Positions 35,775 to 44,182 of a DNA stretch of 64,000 nt are shown here, in pieces (the stretch's first letter is position 1; every line of letters starts with the position of its first letter). The notes beneath the pieces are model-generated. The model had not been told where the DNA came from. It saw only the letters and a program-made list of their open reading frames with translations, and made no database searches. A program made the translations under genes and the position numbers. The stretch is from the NCBI GenBank assembly GCA_963769025.1, contig CAVYKI010000002.1, forward strand, positions 352,001-416,000. Reading direction: 5' to 3'. The DNA is from an uncultured Verrucomicrobiae bacterium (GTDB lineage Bacteria; Verrucomicrobiota; Verrucomicrobiia; Chthoniobacterales; Chthoniobacteraceae).

Positions 35775-35802
35775 TTGACCGCCGACTGCTTTCCATTATG
35801 TT
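35775..35802 (+). promoter_or_regulatory. Putative sigma70 promoter of the tRNA
   Basis: TTGACC-16 nt-TATGTT followed by a GC-rich discriminator directly before the tRNA. Confidence 0.45.
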
Positions 35803-35816
35803 CGCGCCGCGAAAGC

Positions 35817-35893
35817 GCACTCGTAGCTCAACCGGATAGAGCATCGGTCTTCGAAACCGAGGGTTGGGGGTTCGAATCCCTCCGGGTGCACCA
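35817..35893 (+). tRNA. tRNA-Arg (anticodon TCG)
   Basis: Acceptor GCACTCG/CGGGTGC-A-CCA, D-arm GCTC/GAGC, anticodon arm TCGGT-CTTCGAA-ACCGA, T-loop GTTCGAATC. Confidence 0.97.
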
Positions 35894-35923
35894 TCCCTTT
35901 TGCGCTGGGAGCCGCATGAATGG

Positions 35924-36205
35924 CTAGAGCACGCCTGATTCGAGATGCTCGAGGTAGATGAATTCCGGTGACTTGACTCCCGCCTCTGCCCGAATTTTCA
36001 CGAGCCTGGGTGACTCAAAAAAGCTTCTGGCTTCATCAATCGAAGTCCATGCCGAGAGGTGGACGACTCGGTTGGGGTCCTCCTGAAACTTGAGAACCTG
36101 ATATGAGCGTTCGCCGGCTGCTTTGCGGATGGTCGCGGCGGCATCGAAAACCTTCTTCCAGGCAGGGTAGTCGGCGACCTCGTGAATGATGAGAACGTGT
36201 TGCAT
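35924..36205 (-). CDS. ABM/dimeric alpha-beta barrel protein
   Basis: MQHVLIIHEVADYPAWKKVFD...DPNRVV...W...A..FF...AGV pattern; 93 aa. Confidence 0.8.
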   Translation of the reverse strand: MQHVLIIHEVADYPAWKKVFDAAATIRKAAGERSYQVLKFQEDPNRVVHLSAWTSIDEARSFFESPRLVKIRAEAGVKSPEFIYLEHLESGVL

Positions 36206-36216
36206 GATGAAGCGGT

Positions 36217-36393
36217 TCACGCGCAAAGCAGTTCTTCCCCGAACAGCGCGATGTCGGCAGCGGCAGACTGAATCGCCAGGTCGAGCGGCAATCCTGCTTC
36301 CAGATAGATGTGGCTGAGAGCCGTCAGTCCATGCCTTGAATTGGCAGGATGATCCGGCGCGTCGGGTTCGAGTGTTTCGGTTTCGTGGTGCAT
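36217..36393 (-). CDS. Small hypothetical protein (58 aa)
   Basis: MHHETETLEPD...LEAGLPLDLAIQSAAADIALFGEELLCA; directly upstream of the ABM gene. Confidence 0.55.
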   Translation of the reverse strand: MHHETETLEPDAPDHPANSRHGLTALSHIYLEAGLPLDLAIQSAAADIALFGEELLCA

Positions 36394-36433
36394 GGGGTTC
36401 GGCTTGGTGGAACCGCAGGCCAACGACGGGGAC

Positions 36434-36466
36434 AAAAAGCCCACCGTCGTTGCCGAGCGGTGGGTT
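36434..36466 (-). terminator. Intrinsic terminator in a leader (attenuator)
   Basis: Minus strand CCCACCG-CTCG-GCAA-CGA-CGGTGGG-C-TTTTT, about 40 nt before the next start codon. Confidence 0.65.
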
Positions 36467-36491
36467 GTTGAAGAAAGACTGTTTGAGGAAA

Positions 36492-36602
36492 TCAGAATCT
36501 CGTCCCACCGCGCAGGGCTTTCGCCCATACGGCAACGCGAACCGGCATCGAGCAAATGCTCTGCGCCTGGCGTTTGGCGGTGGTGGAAATGAGATGATTC
36601 AC
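36492..36602 (-). CDS. Putative 36-aa leader peptide
   Basis: GTG-start ORF MNHLISTTAKRQAQSICSMPVRVAVWAKALRGGTRF ending about 25 nt before the terminator. Confidence 0.4.
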   Translation of the reverse strand: MNHLISTTAKRQAQSICSMPVRVAVWAKALRGGTRF

Positions 36603-36662
36603 GGGTGAGTTTTCCTCGTAGCCGCGATCCGGGTCTCCGTCAATTCCGAGGACGCACCGACG

Positions 36663-36684
36663 GATTGTGAAATATTTCACAATC
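36663..36684. promoter_or_regulatory. Perfect 22-bp palindrome (Rex/CRP-like operator)
   Basis: GATTGTGAAATATTTCACAATC = TTGTGAA-N4-TTCACAA = TGTGA-N6-TCACA. Confidence 0.65.
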
Positions 36685-36828
36685 TCGTCTTGCAATCGGC
36701 GGGAGATCGGCGAATGTGAAAGCGTTCTGGGGGGAACAGCCCGGTCATTGGCCAATCGGTCGGTGATCGGGCACTTTTTTGTACCTGCGAGCCGATGCGC
36801 AGTTCAGCGGTCCCAAAAAGGGTACTCG

Positions 36829-36928
36829 GCGATACATCCGCCTCCCGTCCAGCCGCGATTCAGGAGGTGCTCCATTGGTCGAAGGAATACTCATCATGAG
36901 TCATCTGAGGTCGATGGAGCACTTTTTT
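36829..36928 (+). ncRNA. Candidate structured RNA, copy 1
   Basis: GCGATACATCCGC...CCGCGATTCAG, then stem 36867-36880/36909-36922, apical ACTCA-TCA-TGAGT, T6 tract; repeated at 37539. Confidence 0.55.
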
Positions 36929-37056
36929 GGATTCGCGCCGCCTTGGGAATGCCCTCGGACCTTCACGCCGAGCGGACGGATTTTCCGCGATACGGGTTGT
37001 ATAAAAGAAAAACTCAACACGGTGAACAAATGCGGCGCCGCATCCGTCGATCGGTC

Positions 37057-37248
37057 ATGAAGCAGACATTCCCCATTGAACTGGTGGGCGGCAGCCAGGA
37101 TGGCGCCGTGGTGGACATCGAGGAAGCGCCGGAGGTTTTCCTCATCCGAGCCAGCGAGGGCCTGAGGGAGGTTTACAAGCGCCAAAACTTCGAGCCGCCT
37201 TTCATCTACCTGCAGGTGGGCTACGCGGTGAACGAGACTTCGCAATGA
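37057..37248 (+). CDS. Small hypothetical protein (63 aa)
   Basis: MKQTFPIELVGGSQDGAVV... (GGxxDG motif); ATGA overlap with the next ORF. Confidence 0.6.
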   Translation: MKQTFPIELVGGSQDGAVVDIEEAPEVFLIRASEGLREVYKRQNFEPPFIYLQVGYAVNETSQ

Positions 37249-37487
37249 ACACGCTTCGTCGAGATCCACGGGTCCACTTTCATGGTGAATCCACCCGTTC
37301 ATTCAAAGTCGGGATGTTTCTGGGTGCCGTCATCGTCGCTTTTGTGGCGATGGGTGCCTACGCCCTTGCGGCGGGAGGAAGTGTGGCGATCACGGCCGGA
37401 GTCTCGAAACTGATTCTATTTCTGTGCGGAGTCGTCATCGCGATTTTGCTGACCCTTGCCGTCATCGTCGGGAAGCAACCGCGGTAA
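37245..37487 (+). CDS. Small two-TM membrane protein (DUF1328/YtjA-like)
   Basis: ALAAGGSVAITAGVSKLILFL resembles the DUF1328 helical hairpin LGFGGIAGAAAGIAKILFF. Confidence 0.55.
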   Translation: MNTLRRDPRVHFHGESTRSFKVGMFLGAVIVAFVAMGAYALAAGGSVAITAGVSKLILFLCGVVIAILLTLAVIVGKQPR

Positions 37488-37538
37488 GGCCGCACCGGCG
37501 CCGGACGAGCGCAAAGTCCCTAGCGAACAATCTTCGCA

Positions 37539-37627
37539 GCGATACATCCGCACCGCGATTCAGCAATTGCTCCATTGGCCGAAGAAAACTCGTCACGGGT
37601 AATTCTGGAGTCGATGGAGTACCTTTT
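37539..37627 (+). ncRNA. Candidate structured RNA, copy 2
   Basis: Same blocks as copy 1, stem 37568-37579/37610-37621, apical ACTCG-TCA-CGGGT, CCTTTT tail. Confidence 0.55.
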
Positions 37628-37806
37628 GTCCGGGATGCCGCTGGCCTGCGGTGCTGAAACTCCGTCCATCTCCGGGAAAAGCGAGCGCTGGCAGGAAGGG
37701 GAGAGCCTCCAAAGAGCCGCGCGGCGCGCGAAGGGATTTGAATTTCGATATCCTACATCCGCCGCCGGGGGACTGCGCGATGCATCACTCCCAGGAGGAA
37801 AATCCG

Positions 37807-38085
37807 ATGAATGCTTCGCCTCTCATGATCCCCATCAGCGTCGGCATCTTGTATTTTGGCGGCACCGCAAAAAGCGCGGTGAATGTCGCCAATGTTCTCT
37901 TTTCGATTTCGGCGTTGCTGCTTCTGGCCGCCGCCTTGGCGGACCGGAGCAGAGAAGTGATACCTCGCAGAGGCCACCCCAGCCAGGTTCCCCCGGAGCC
38001 CATCGTTCATCACCACTCGTTCCTTCCCAAGTTCGCCTTCGTCATCGCCCTGCTGACCCTTGGCTCGTGCATTCATGAAAATTAA
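37807..38085 (+). CDS. Small membrane protein (DUF1328-like N-terminus plus extra TM)
   Basis: GILYFGGTAKSAVNVANVLFSISALLLLAAAL; AGGAGG RBS upstream. Confidence 0.55.
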   Translation: MNASPLMIPISVGILYFGGTAKSAVNVANVLFSISALLLLAAALADRSREVIPRRGHPSQVPPEPIVHHHSFLPKFAFVIALLTLGSCIHEN

Positions 38086-38249
38086 TGGCAGTGCGGATGC
38101 GCTCGCCCTCGCCCCCACCTCCAAGGCACCGGATTGCAACTGATCGCCCTCGGCGACCGGCGGTTAAAACCTTCGCCGATACATCCGCCATCGATGTCCA
38201 CCCCGATACATCAGCGGCCCCTGCGGGCAAACAACACCTTGATCCCACT

Positions 38250-38717
38250 ATGACACCACGCTTGCAAAAATCGGACATCCCGCACCTGTTGCTCATCCTC
38301 GGCCTCGCGATTGCACCTGTGATTTTCACCGGGTGTGACCGCACCACCCGAACGTCCGATTCGTTAACAACGCCCGACTCCATGGTCACATTCGGGAAGG
38401 TCGTCACCGCTGCAAACGTGGACTCCAACAACGCCCCCACTGCGCTTGCCGACACATTTTCACCCAGCCAGAAAACCATCTACGTCGTCGCCGAGGCAAA
38501 ACAGATCGCGCCCGGCACACGCATCGCCGCGAGCTGGACGCGCGATGGCACGCCGGTCGAAGTCTCCAAGGAAATCATTGCCAGCAAGGGCTACCACGAC
38601 ACGAACATCGAATTTCACCTGAATTCCGGCCCCGAGGGTTTCACGCCCGGGAGGTACAAGGTGGAGCTCATCGTCAATGGCACCGCTGGTCCCACCGCGC
38701 ACTATACGGTCAAGTAG
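38250..38717 (+). CDS. Hypothetical lipoprotein
   Basis: Hydrophobic signal with FTGC lipobox; beta-rich domain ending PGRYKVELIVNG. Confidence 0.7.
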   Translation: MTPRLQKSDIPHLLLILGLAIAPVIFTGCDRTTRTSDSLTTPDSMVTFGKVVTAANVDSNNAPTALADTFSPSQKTIYVVAEAKQIAPGTRIAASWTRDGTPVEVSKEIIASKGYHDTNIEFHLNSGPEGFTPGRYKVELIVNGTAGPTAHYTVK

Positions 38718-38740
38718 TCCACCGAAAATTCCCACCATTT

Positions 38741-38881
38741 ATGAACCGATACTTCCTCTTCATACTCTGCGCCGCGCTGCTCCTCGCTTTCAACGGCTGC
38801 GCCACCACCGAACAGCGCACCTCTGGCGGATCCATCGCCCCCAGCGGGAGCGCCAGTGGATCCATTGCCACCCACCGCTAG
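38741..38881 (+). CDS. 46-aa small lipoprotein (absent from ORF track)
   Basis: MNRYFLFILCAALLLAFNGC lipobox, then ATTEQRTSGGSIAPSGSASGSIATHR*. Confidence 0.6.
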   Translation: MNRYFLFILCAALLLAFNGCATTEQRTSGGSIAPSGSASGSIATHR

Positions 38882-39014
38882 CTTCCCTTTCGCGGGCCAG
38901 GCACCCGCACGCCGGGACGCAGCCGCAGTTCCCGTTGTTTTCAAAATCATATGCCCCGCCCATCCGCGGCGTCGGCCCTGCAGTCTGACTAATGGCGCCG
39001 AGCCTGCTGCAGCC

Positions 39015-39872
39015 TCACTTCCTTTTCGAACCAGGCTTCGCGATTTTGGCAGGCACCGCGGGCTTGGTGGTCCGGCCTGACTTCGACGACTTCGTCGTCC
39101 GGGCTGCCTTGGAAGTCCGGGCCATCGTGGACGACTTTGCTGCCTTTAGGACTGTCGCCGCCTTCGCCGGGGAATCCGAGCCCCGCGCATGGCGCTCCTT
39201 GTCCTGCAGCCGCTTCGCGTACATCTCGCATTTCGCGATCTGCACCTCCGGCGGGTCCGTGATGTTCACCGGCTTCGCGCGGATGACCCCCAACGCCAGG
39301 GCCTCCGCGAGCCACTGCTGGCCTGCCGCTGAGGCGTAATGCCCCGCCTCCGCCCGGTTGCTCAAGAAACCGCACTCCACCAGCACGGCGCATCCGACTG
39401 TCCGCACCAGCACCGCAAAGTCCTGCGACGCGATCCCGCGGTTCGGCGATTCGTGCGACTCATCCAGCGCCTCCAGGATCGTCCGTGCCACGAATTTCCC
39501 CGCGATGCTTTCCGGAAAATAGAACGTCGAAAAACCCGCCGCGCTCGTCCTCGACGACGCATTGAAGTGAATGCTCAGCAGCAGTGACTGCGGATACCGG
39601 TTCGCGATCTTCACCCGCTCATCCAGCGAAAGGTAAACATCCGTCCTGCGCGTCAGGATGCACTTGATGCCGCTCTTCAGCAGCAGCTTCTCCAAGCGCA
39701 ACGACACCGCCAGCGTCGTGTCCTTTTCCTTCACCTTATACCAGGCCGTCCCTTCGTCGATGCCCCCATGGCCGGCATCAATCACCACCGTATCAAATGC
39801 ATGCACCAGCGGAACCGCCAGCAGCAACAGAACCACCGCGACGAGGACGGCGTTTGTTCGCGGAACATTCAT
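39015..39872 (-). CDS. N-acetylmuramoyl-L-alanine amidase (Amidase_3) with basic tail
   Basis: VIDAGHGG, EKD, LTRRTD, LSIHFNA, VLVECGFLSN. Confidence 0.92.
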   Translation of the reverse strand: MNVPRTNAVLVAVVLLLLAVPLVHAFDTVVIDAGHGGIDEGTAWYKVKEKDTTLAVSLRLEKLLLKSGIKCILTRRTDVYLSLDERVKIANRYPQSLLLSIHFNASSRTSAAGFSTFYFPESIAGKFVARTILEALDESHESPNRGIASQDFAVLVRTVGCAVLVECGFLSNRAEAGHYASAAGQQWLAEALALGVIRAKPVNITDPPEVQIAKCEMYAKRLQDKERHARGSDSPAKAATVLKAAKSSTMARTSKAARTTKSSKSGRTTKPAVPAKIAKPGSKRK

Positions 39873-40077
39873 AACCGTGCCTCATCCTAGCGTTTCCATG
39901 CACTCCCATGCAAGCGATTCCGTGCCCCCGGTAGTGGCCCGATGCTGCCGAGTTCCGGAAAAGTGAACCGCGGCGGGCGCGGCGGATGCGGGGAAAATCG
40001 ATGCGCGGGATCTTCCATCCGCCGCGGCGGGGATCGAAGGGTTGGCAGGAGCGCGGCTTCGCGGGTAGGATGGATCC

Positions 40078-40440
40078 ATGAAATCCGTCGTCGTCCTCGG
40101 TGCCAGTCCCAAGCCGGATCGCCATGCATTCATGGCAATGCAGCGACTGGCGGAGCACGGGCACAAGGCCATCCCGGTGAACCCGGCTTTTGCGGAGGTG
40201 CTGGGTGAACGCTGTTACGCTTCCATCTCCGAGGTGCCGCAGCCGATTCACACGGTGACGATGTATCTCAGCGGGGAGCGCTCGGCGCCGCTCGCCGGGG
40301 ACATCCTCAAGGCGAGGCCGAAGCGCATCATTTTCAACCCTGGTGCGGAGAACGAGGAACTGGCGGACGCTGCCGCTGCCGCGGGGATCGAGACGGTGAA
40401 TGGATGCACGCTGGTGATGTTGGGCGCGGGGAGCTTTTGA
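40078..40440 (+). CDS. CoA-binding domain protein
   Basis: VVLGASPKPDR...IPVNP...IFNPGAEN...CTLVML. Confidence 0.9.
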   Translation: MKSVVVLGASPKPDRHAFMAMQRLAEHGHKAIPVNPAFAEVLGERCYASISEVPQPIHTVTMYLSGERSAPLAGDILKARPKRIIFNPGAENEELADAAAAAGIETVNGCTLVMLGAGSF

Positions 40441-40477
40441 CTTGCAGGCGTTTCCCGGAGCGGCTTCAAGCGGCATC

Positions 40478-40852
40478 ATGCCTGAACACATTGAGAACGA
40501 GATCCGTGCAAACACTCCCGAGCCCCAGTGCCGGACCGAGATTGCTGAAAACCAGACTGCCAGTGTGACGGCAACCGGCGAGTGGTTTTGCGAAGGCAAT
40601 CCGCGCGGCCCCGGCGGCAACACCGGGGAGCCAAAGGCGGGCGGCGAATGTCCTGTGCCAGGAGCCAATGAGAACTGCCTGGTGGTCATCGTCACCCGTG
40701 CCGATGGCGAGGAGAAGGTGCCATTCACCCGCGATGATGACGCGCTGAAGATTCAGGGCCCGTGCGCGCTCACGTTCGTGCCGAACGGACCGAGCGACAT
40801 GCTGGATGAAAACTTTGGCCTGATCACGGTTTCGGTGGACATCGCACCATAG
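40478..40852 (+). CDS. Hypothetical protein, possible LecA/PA-IL-like lectin fold
   Basis: 124 aa; motif order IRAN..Q / VTATGEW / GPGG / LVVIV / QG..LTFVPN / NFGLITVSV parallels LecA. Confidence 0.5.
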   Translation: MPEHIENEIRANTPEPQCRTEIAENQTASVTATGEWFCEGNPRGPGGNTGEPKAGGECPVPGANENCLVVIVTRADGEEKVPFTRDDDALKIQGPCALTFVPNGPSDMLDENFGLITVSVDIAP

Positions 40853-40925
40853 CCCTGATCAGGGCGAAGACGGGGAGCGGACTTTGCGTTCGGGCCCCGG
40901 GTATCGGCCGCGCTTCAAACGCGGA

Positions 40926-43218
40926 TCAGAACTTTAAACGCATGCCAAACACCCCGGTGAACGTTTCCTGCGGCGTCGCGGTCTGATAAGAAAAGCCGGC
41001 GGTGGCATTGTGGTTGTCAGTGATGTTCCTGAGGTCGGCGTAGATCTCCATGTAGTCGGTCGGCTTGTAGAGCAGATGCACGTTCAGTTCCCACGGATTG
41101 CGCGTTTCGCTGGTCAGCGCGCTGGCGCTGAGGTTCTTCGGCGTGGACATCGCGACGAGGCTAGGGGTCAGGAAAAGCTTCGGGGTAATGGCCCACGTGG
41201 CGCCGAGCCGGAAGTTATGCTGGGAGAGCCCTTTCAGACCGAGCGTGATTCCTCCGACCGATTCATCGAACGAAGTCAGTGAATAGGAAAACCAAGTGCT
41301 GAGATTGCGATCCAGCTTGGCCTTTCCGTAGAAATCCATGCCCACATTCTTGCTGGTTCCGCCGTTCACGGAGTGAACGATCGTGCGATTTTGCGCCGCC
41401 GTGCCTTCCAGTCCGACGTAGGCGTCTTTCATCACGATATTTTGGTCCAATCCGCCATCCGAGACGAGGATGAGGTCGCTTTGCTCCCCGTAGTAGAAGC
41501 TCAGCCCGAGATTGTAGTTCGGTTTGGCGTAGGAGAAATTCAGTTCATGCGTCTTGGAGGTCTCCGGTTGCAAATTGGGATTTGAAATGGCGAGGATGTC
41601 GCCGCGATCGTAGGTCGCGTTGAAATACGGGGACGGGGAAATATAGGCCCATGAATAGGTGTACTTCGCAGTCAGGGCGTCGGTCAGGTTGTACACGATG
41701 GCGGCACGCGGGGTGTAAGAAGGGTCCTCGATGCGGCTGTCCTTATCCACGCGGGTGCCGGCGATCACCTTCAGCTTGGGATTGATCTGCCAGGTAGTTT
41801 CGAAATAGGCGCCGATCCGGTCGAATTCCGCATCGATGACGCGCGGAACGGTCTTCATGGAAGTGGGATCTCCGGCCCTCGTGTAATAAACGAAGTCTCC
41901 GGCTTCCATGATGGTCTGGTTGTGGCTCCCGCCGCTCGCCCCGCCAGGGACGGTGGATTTTGCGATGATGTCGTAGTTGGTGTAGGCGACGCCGAAGAGC
42001 GCCGACCACGACTTGGTGATGTCAAACTTCAGCGTGTGCTCGGTGGCGATGCTGTGTTCGTTGGCGTACTTGTAGTCGTTGTAGAACCAGGAGGTGGAGG
42101 TCAGCGTATCCGGGAACACGTAACGCGATGTGGGATCGACCTCGTAAAAATTATAGGTGATGGAGGAATCGAGCGTGGCTTTCTCGGAAATCTTCCACTG
42201 GTACTTCAACTCCGTGACCCATGAACTGTCCTGCCAGACAGCCTCGGAGACGTATGCGAGGATCGGGAAGCCGTAGCCTTCGGCGCTGCTGCGCTTGGAG
42301 TTCCGATACCAGCTCTGAAGGACCAGGTCTCCAATCTGGAGTTTGGCGAAGGCGTTCAGGCCGAAATCCTGGCGTTCCGGGACCGTGCCACTTCCCCGGT
42401 TCGCCGCCCCCGTGAGGTTCAGGGCGCTCTGCCACCAGCGGGGATACTCCTTGTCGATCCGCGTCAGGTTGGAGTCGTGGTATTGGACATAGCCGCTGAA
42501 GCTGATGTTCCTCGCGCGATCGAATATCTTGCCAAACGAGCCGTAAATCTCGCGTTCGGAGACGGAGCCCGCATGGCCGCCGAGTTCAAGCGACATCTTT
42601 CCGGACGCCGGCGGTTCCTTGGTTTTTACATTAATCACCGCGCTGATGGCGTCCTGGCCGTAGAGCGTGGAGCCGGGGCCGTAGATGATCTCGATCTGCT
42701 CGGCATTCCGCACGCTGAAGTCGTTGCGGAAGGGAAAATACTCACCTCCGGGGGGATTGACGCGCATCCCATTGACTAGCACGACGACCTTGTTGTTGCT
42801 GGCAATCCCGCGGACGGAAACCTGGGTTCCGATTTCGGAGAAAAAATACGAGGACAAATCCATTCCCGGGACGTCCCTGAGCACGTCCTTGAGCGACGAG
42901 TAGCCGCGCAGGGAGATGTCGTTCTTGTCGATGACGTAAACCGTGCCGGGCGCTGCGATTGCCTTTTCGGCTTTCTTCGAGGCGGTGGTGACGGTCGCGA
43001 CATCGAGTGTCAGCAGTTCTTCGATGCTCATCCTTTTCAGCGCATCCAGGCCCTCGGCGGCCGCGCCCGGGGGAGGCATCCGTCGCTTCTGCTGCCCGGA
43101 CGTGCGTGGGCGTGAACAGGGAGAATCCGGTAATCGCAGCCACCGAGGTGGCAAGGGCGCGAACACGGCGCTGATGGGAACGGCGGGACTTGGCGGATTT
43201 GCGAATGGGGGGATTCAT
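40926..43218 (-). CDS. TonB-dependent receptor (frameshift near N-terminus)
   Basis: MSIEELL..VTTASKK, plug LRDVPG...IEIIYGPGSTLYG, NPNLQPE, C-terminal F; signal peptide in frame of 42742..43218. Confidence 0.9.
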
Positions 43219-43290
43219 GGGATTGCGATTTTGGGGAATGCAATAGGGCGAGTGGGAGGGGAATGTCGGCGGAACGGGGTGCGAGCCAGT

Positions 43291-43828
43291 TTAGAGGGGA
43301 GTCGAAAGTGTCAGAATCCTGGAACTGAAGTTCAGCCGGGCCCGCTGAGCTTCGCTGACGTTGATATGGAAACGAAGTTTGGACGCGCCCGTGGACAGGC
43401 CAACCATGCCGCCCAGCTTGGTGAATTGATCGATATCGCTAATGACGATAGTTCCGTCGCGTCGCGTGGCCTTGATGATGTCAGCGATACGCGGTGTTTC
43501 CGAGCGGCTGATGAACAGAATCCGGCAACCGTCCAGCGCCTCTGGCTTTGATGAGCGTTTGATTGCGACCTTGCGGCCGGAGACGGTCTGCCCGCGCATG
43601 ATTGAATCCAGGGCGCCTCCAAATGGGTCGTCGCCGAGTACGCCGATGGTGAACGGGGTCTGCGTGTCGGTGCCGGCCTTGTCCGGCCAGGTGGTAAATT
43701 TCGTGATGGTCAGCAGGAACGTGGCTTTTACCTCGGTACTCCGAGTACTGTGCGCGGCCAACGGGGGCGAAGGCGAACGCCAGGCAGAGGCAGACCAAGC
43801 GGAGAAGGAGCTTACGCAAAGGTCCCAT
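43291..43828 (-). CDS. YfiR-family periplasmic protein (DUF4154); one frameshift near 43737
   Basis: EVKATFL..ITKFTTWP, IGVLGDDPFG, CRILFIS, GGMVGL, FHINVSEAQRARLNFSSRIL; signal peptide in the adjacent frame. Confidence 0.88.
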
Positions 43829-44182
43829 TTCTCTGTGTGCTATCGCGTTGAAAGTGCGCCGGGAAACAAATCCGCAGGCGGGCTGCCTTCGTCTGGTGAA
43901 TAGGCGGAAAAGGCCGTGACCATGCATCGGGAGGAACAGTCAGTGTTTAGGGGCGGTGGCAACCTGCGGCCTGAGATCATCCGTGGGGACTGTCTGCGGA
44001 CCGCGGGAAATGAAGCAGGCCGTTTAACGGGGGCAAAACATCAGGGGAAGGATAATCTTGAGATTTATGGAGCGCCCAATGGCTGACGGGTGCTGCCGGC
44101 GGCAATTTTTTGGAGGAACGGGAGTGGGAACGCCGCGAGTTCACCATTTACCTCGCGATCGGGTTGTGCGATTTGCGGAGCC

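Noticed and set aside
36897..37060. ORF MSHLRSMEHFFG... starting inside RNA copy 1
   Set aside because: The ATG is ACG in copy 2 and the downstream peptide is not shared; substitutions conserve pairing, not coding
36829..37627. The two repeats as a CRISPR array or IS/MITE ends
   Set aside because: Only two direct copies ~700 nt apart with genes between; no cas genes, transposase or target duplication
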